Positions 60,935 to 64,000 of a stretch of 64,000 bases of DNA are shown here, in pieces. Each line of letters opens with the position of its first letter. Position 1 is the stretch's first letter. The translations under genes were made by a program, and so were the position numbers. This DNA is from an uncultured delta proteobacterium (GTDB lineage Bacteria; Desulfobacterota; Desulfuromonadia; Desulfuromonadales; BM103): NCBI GenBank assembly GCA_963715335.1, contig CAVQRZ010000006.1, positions 32,001 through 96,000 on the forward strand, written 5' to 3'. The notes under the pieces were generated by a model. It was not told the DNA's origin. It ran no database searches and saw nothing but the letters and a program-made list of their open reading frames with translations.

Positions 60935-62134
60935 TTACTCAACAATATCGCTGACGACACCGGCGCCAACCGTGCGGCCACCTTCGCGGATTGCGAAGCG
61001 CAGTTCTTTGTCCATGGCGATCGGGGTGATCAGGTCGACAGTGATCGCTATGTTATCACCAGGCATGACCATCTCGGTCCCTTCCGGAAGCTCGACAATA
61101 CCCGTTACGTCCGTCGTACGGAAGTAGAACTGCGGGCGGTAACCTTTGAAGAACGGGGTATGACGACCACCTTCCTCCTTGGTCAGGATGTAGGCTTCCG
61201 CCTTGAACTTGGTGTGCGGGGTAATGCTGCCCGGCTTCGCCAGGACCTGGCCACGCTCGATATCTTCACGTTTCACACCGCGCAGAAGAATCCCGCAGTT
61301 ATCACCGGCCTGACCCTGGTCCAGAAGCTTGCGGAACATCTCGACACCCGTCACGACCGACTTGGCGGTATCCTTGATGCCGACGATCGCAACTTCTTCG
61401 CCAACCTTGATGATGCCGCGCTCGACACGACCCGTGGCAACCGTGCCGCGACCGGAAATCGAGAACACGTCCTCGACCGGCATCAGGAACGGACGATCAA
61501 TCGCACGCTCAGGCTCGGGGATGTACGAGTCGCACTGGCGCATCAGCTCCAGGACCGGCTCACAGGCGGCGCAGCCGTCGACGCCACAGCCGCACTCAAG
61601 GGCCTTCAGGGCGCTGCCGGGAATGATCGGAAGATCGTCACCGGGGAACTCGTAGGAGGAGAGCAGTTCACGGATCTCCAGCTCTACCAGCTCCATCAGT
61701 TCTTCGTCATCGACCATATCAGCCTTGTTCAAAAAAACCACCATCGCGGGCACGCCAACCTGACGGGCAAGCAGGATGTGCTCGCGGGTCTGGGGCATCG
61801 GGCCGTCGGCAGCCGAGACCACCAGGATTGCACCGTCCATCTGCGCGGCGCCGGTGATCATGTTCTTAACGTAGTCAGCATGACCCGGGCAGTCGACGTG
61901 GGCGTAGTGACGGTTCTGCGTCTCGTACTCAACGTGTGCCGTGGCGATCGTGATACCGCGCTCACGCTCCTCGGGAGCGTTGTCGATCTGATCGAACGCT
62001 TTAAATACAGCGCCGCCTCGCGAGGACAGCACGTTCGTGATTGCTGCCGTCAAAGTCGTCTTGCCGTGGTCAACGTGACCGATCGTCCCAATGTTGACAT
62101 GGGGCTTAGTCCGTTCAAACTTGGCTTTGGCCAT
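60935..62134 (-). CDS. tuf: Elongation factor Tu
   Basis: [31 protein letters not shown]. Confidence 0.98.
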   Translation of the reverse strand: MAKAKFERTKPHVNIGTIGHVDHGKTTLTAAITNVLSSRGGAVFKAFDQIDNAPEERERGITIATAHVEYETQNRHYAHVDCPGHADYVKNMITGAAQMDGAILVVSAADGPMPQTREHILLARQVGVPAMVVFLNKADMVDDEELMELVELEIRELLSSYEFPGDDLPIIPGSALKALECGCGVDGCAACEPVLELMRQCDSYIPEPERAIDRPFLMPVEDVFSISGRGTVATGRVERGIIKVGEEVAIVGIKDTAKSVVTGVEMFRKLLDQGQAGDNCGILLRGVKREDIERGQVLAKPGSITPHTKFKAEAYILTKEEGGRHTPFFKGYRPQFYFRTTDVTGIVELPEGTEMVMPGDNIAITVDLITPIAMDKELRFAIREGGRTVGAGVVSDIVE

Positions 62135-62172
62135 GGTCGTATCTCCTTATATTCTTGTGCTAAAAAGTTGAA

Positions 62173-64000
62173 TTAACCCTTGGTTTTGCTGATAATTTCT
62201 TCAGCAATCGCCTTGGGAACCTGTTCATAATGATCGAAGGTCATGGTGTAGGTCGCTCGTCCCTGGGTCGCACTGCGCAGGTCCGTAGAGTAACCGAACA
62301 TGCTCGACAGAGGAACCTGGGCGCTGACAACCTGTGCTCCGCCACGTGCTTCCATCCCGGCAACCCGGCCACGACGACTGTTCAAATCGCCCATGACTTC
62401 GCCGAGGTATTCCTCAGGAAGGACGACTTCCACATCCATAACCGGCTCGAGCAGTATCGGCTTGGCCTTGGCAGCGCCTTCCTTGAAGCCCATCGAACCG
62501 GCAATTTTGAACGCCATCTCCGAAGAGTCAACATCATGGTAGGAGCCGTCAAAGCAGGTCACCCTGACATCCACCAGCGGGAACCCTGCCAGGATACCGT
62601 TCTGAGCTGCTTGCTCAGCACCGGCACCGACTGCAGGGATATATTCCCGGGGGATAACACCGCCCTTGATCGCGTCGACGTACTCGAAACCGCCACCGGC
62701 CTCAAGGGGTTCAAGACGCAGATGACAATCGCCGTATTGGCCGCGACCACCAGACTGACGGACAAACTTGCCCTGAACTTCAACGGTCTTGGTGATTGTT
62801 TCGCGGTACGCAACCTGGGGAGCGCCTATGTTCGCCTCGACCTTGAACTCTCGCCTCATGCGGTCAACGATGATCTCGAGGTGCAGCTCGCCCATGCCGG
62901 AGATAATCACCTGGCCTGTTTCCTCGTCGGTTTTGACGCGCAAGGAGGGATCTTCCTGGACCAGCTTGCCGAGGGCGGTACCCATCTTTTCCTGGTCGCT
63001 CTTGGTCTTCGGTTCGATAGCGATATGGATAACCGGCTCCGGGAACTCCATGGCCTCAAGAATACAGGAAAGCTTGGGATCACAAAGAGTGTCGCCAGTC
63101 GTGGTGTGCTTCAGACCAACTGCGGCGGCAATATCGCCTGAATAGACCTGCTTGATCTCTTCACGCTTATTGGCATGCATTTTCAGCAGGCGGCCAAAGC
63201 GCTCCTTCTTGTCCTTGGTAGCATTAAGCACATGAGCACCGGACTCAGCGACGCCGGAATAGACACGAAAGAAGGTCAGCTGGCCGACAAACGGGTCCGT
63301 CATGACCTTGAAAGCCAGGGCCGCGAAAGGAGCGCTGTCGTCAGCGGGACGAGTCACTTCAGCACCGGTACCAGGTTCAATGCCCGGGATCGGTTTAACA
63401 TCGAGAGGCGAAGGCATGTAATCAATCACTGCGTCCAGCAGTGTCTGCACACCCTTGTTTTTGAATGCCGTGCCGCACAGGACCGGGTTAATCTGCAGGG
63501 CCATTGTCGCCTTGCGGATGCCGGCCTTGACTTCTTCAATGGTGAGTTCTTCACCACCGAGATATTTCTCCATCAGTTCTTCATCTGAGGAGCTGATCTC
63601 TTCGAGCAAAGCTTCCCGAGCGGCTTCCGCATCATCCAGAAGATCTGCAGGGATATCCATAACTTCGTATTTGGCACCCATCGACTCGTCGCTCCAGATA
63701 ATCGCTTTCATCTGGACCAGGTCAATAACACCACGAAAGAGGTCTTCTACGCCGATTGGCAGCTGAATTGGCACCGGGTTGGCACCAAGGCGGTCGCGCA
63801 TCATCTTGACGCCGCGGTTGAAATCGGCGCCGACGCGGTCCATCTTGTTGATAAAGGCAATTCGGGGAACGCCGTACTTGTCGGCCTGACGCCAGACTGT
63901 CTCGGACTGGGGCTCAACGCCGCCAACCGAACAGAACACGGCAACGGCGCCGTCCAGCACCTTCAGGGAGCGCTCTACCTCGATGGTAAAGTCAACATGT
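62173..64000 (-). CDS. fusA: Elongation factor G (5' end beyond window)
   Basis: [29 protein letters not shown]; frame continues to the window edge. Confidence 0.97.
   Translation of the reverse strand, partial: HVDFTIEVERSLKVLDGAVAVFCSVGGVEPQSETVWRQADKYGVPRIAFINKMDRVGADFNRGVKMMRDRLGANPVPIQLPIGVEDLFRGVIDLVQMKAIIWSDESMGAKYEVMDIPADLLDDAEAAREALLEEISSSDEELMEKYLGGEELTIEEVKAGIRKATMALQINPVLCGTAFKNKGVQTLLDAVIDYMPSPLDVKPIPGIEPGTGAEVTRPADDSAPFAALAFKVMTDPFVGQLTFFRVYSGVAESGAHVLNATKDKKERFGRLLKMHANKREEIKQVYSGDIAAAVGLKHTTTGDTLCDPKLSCILEAMEFPEPVIHIAIEPKTKSDQEKMGTALGKLVQEDPSLRVKTDEETGQVIISGMGELHLEIIVDRMRREFKVEANIGAPQVAYRETITKTVEVQGKFVRQSGGRGQYGDCHLRLEPLEAGGGFEYVDAIKGGVIPREYIPAVGAGAEQAAQNGILAGFPLVDVRVTCFDGSYHDVDSSEMAFKIAGSMGFKEGAAKAKPILLEPVMDVEVVLPEEYLGEVMGDLNSRRGRVAGMEARGGAQVVSAQVPLSSMFGYSTDLRSATQGRATYTMTFDHYEQVPKAIAEEIISKTKG

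Overview
Core-genome region of an anaerobic deltaproteobacterium. Gene order and protein features point to Desulfuromonadales/Geobacteraceae-like relatives; this is an inference. 1-7.9 kb (+): two TRAP transporter modules, each followed by a universal stress protein. One is a DctPQM type. The other is a TAXI type whose fused permease carries an unexpected lipoyl/biotinyl-like domain lacking the acceptor lysine. 7.9-10.8 kb (-): a lipoprotein, a Cys-cluster histidine kinase with a probable CTG start, a stand-alone 2-oxoacid-dehydrogenase E2 catalytic core with no lipoyl domain, and an unannotated 51-aa dual-CxxC protein. 10.8-43.9 kb (-), housekeeping runs in transcription order: trpEGDC-trpB2-trpF-trpB-rhlB-udg-trpA-accD-folC-lptD; comEA; ftsB; argS-SPOR; tRNA-fMet/tRNA-Met; tilS-ftsH-folP-cdaA-cdaR-glmM-pdxJ-acpS-nnr-CBS-tsaE; lysC-cimA-comEA-like. 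44-45.9 kb: an FKBP PPIase, a REC-PilZ protein, and a candidate ~85-nt sRNA with a CCUCCUCCC loop. 45.9-64 kb (-): fusA(partial)-tuf-S10-spc-alpha ribosomal superoperon, with an apparent frameshift in the rplQ tail. No CRISPR array, rRNA, transposase or integrase was seen. The most promising leads are the lipoyl-like domain/lipoyl-less E2 pair, the anti-SD sRNA and the small CxxC protein. All protein calls come from motif recognition by eye; no database searches were run.
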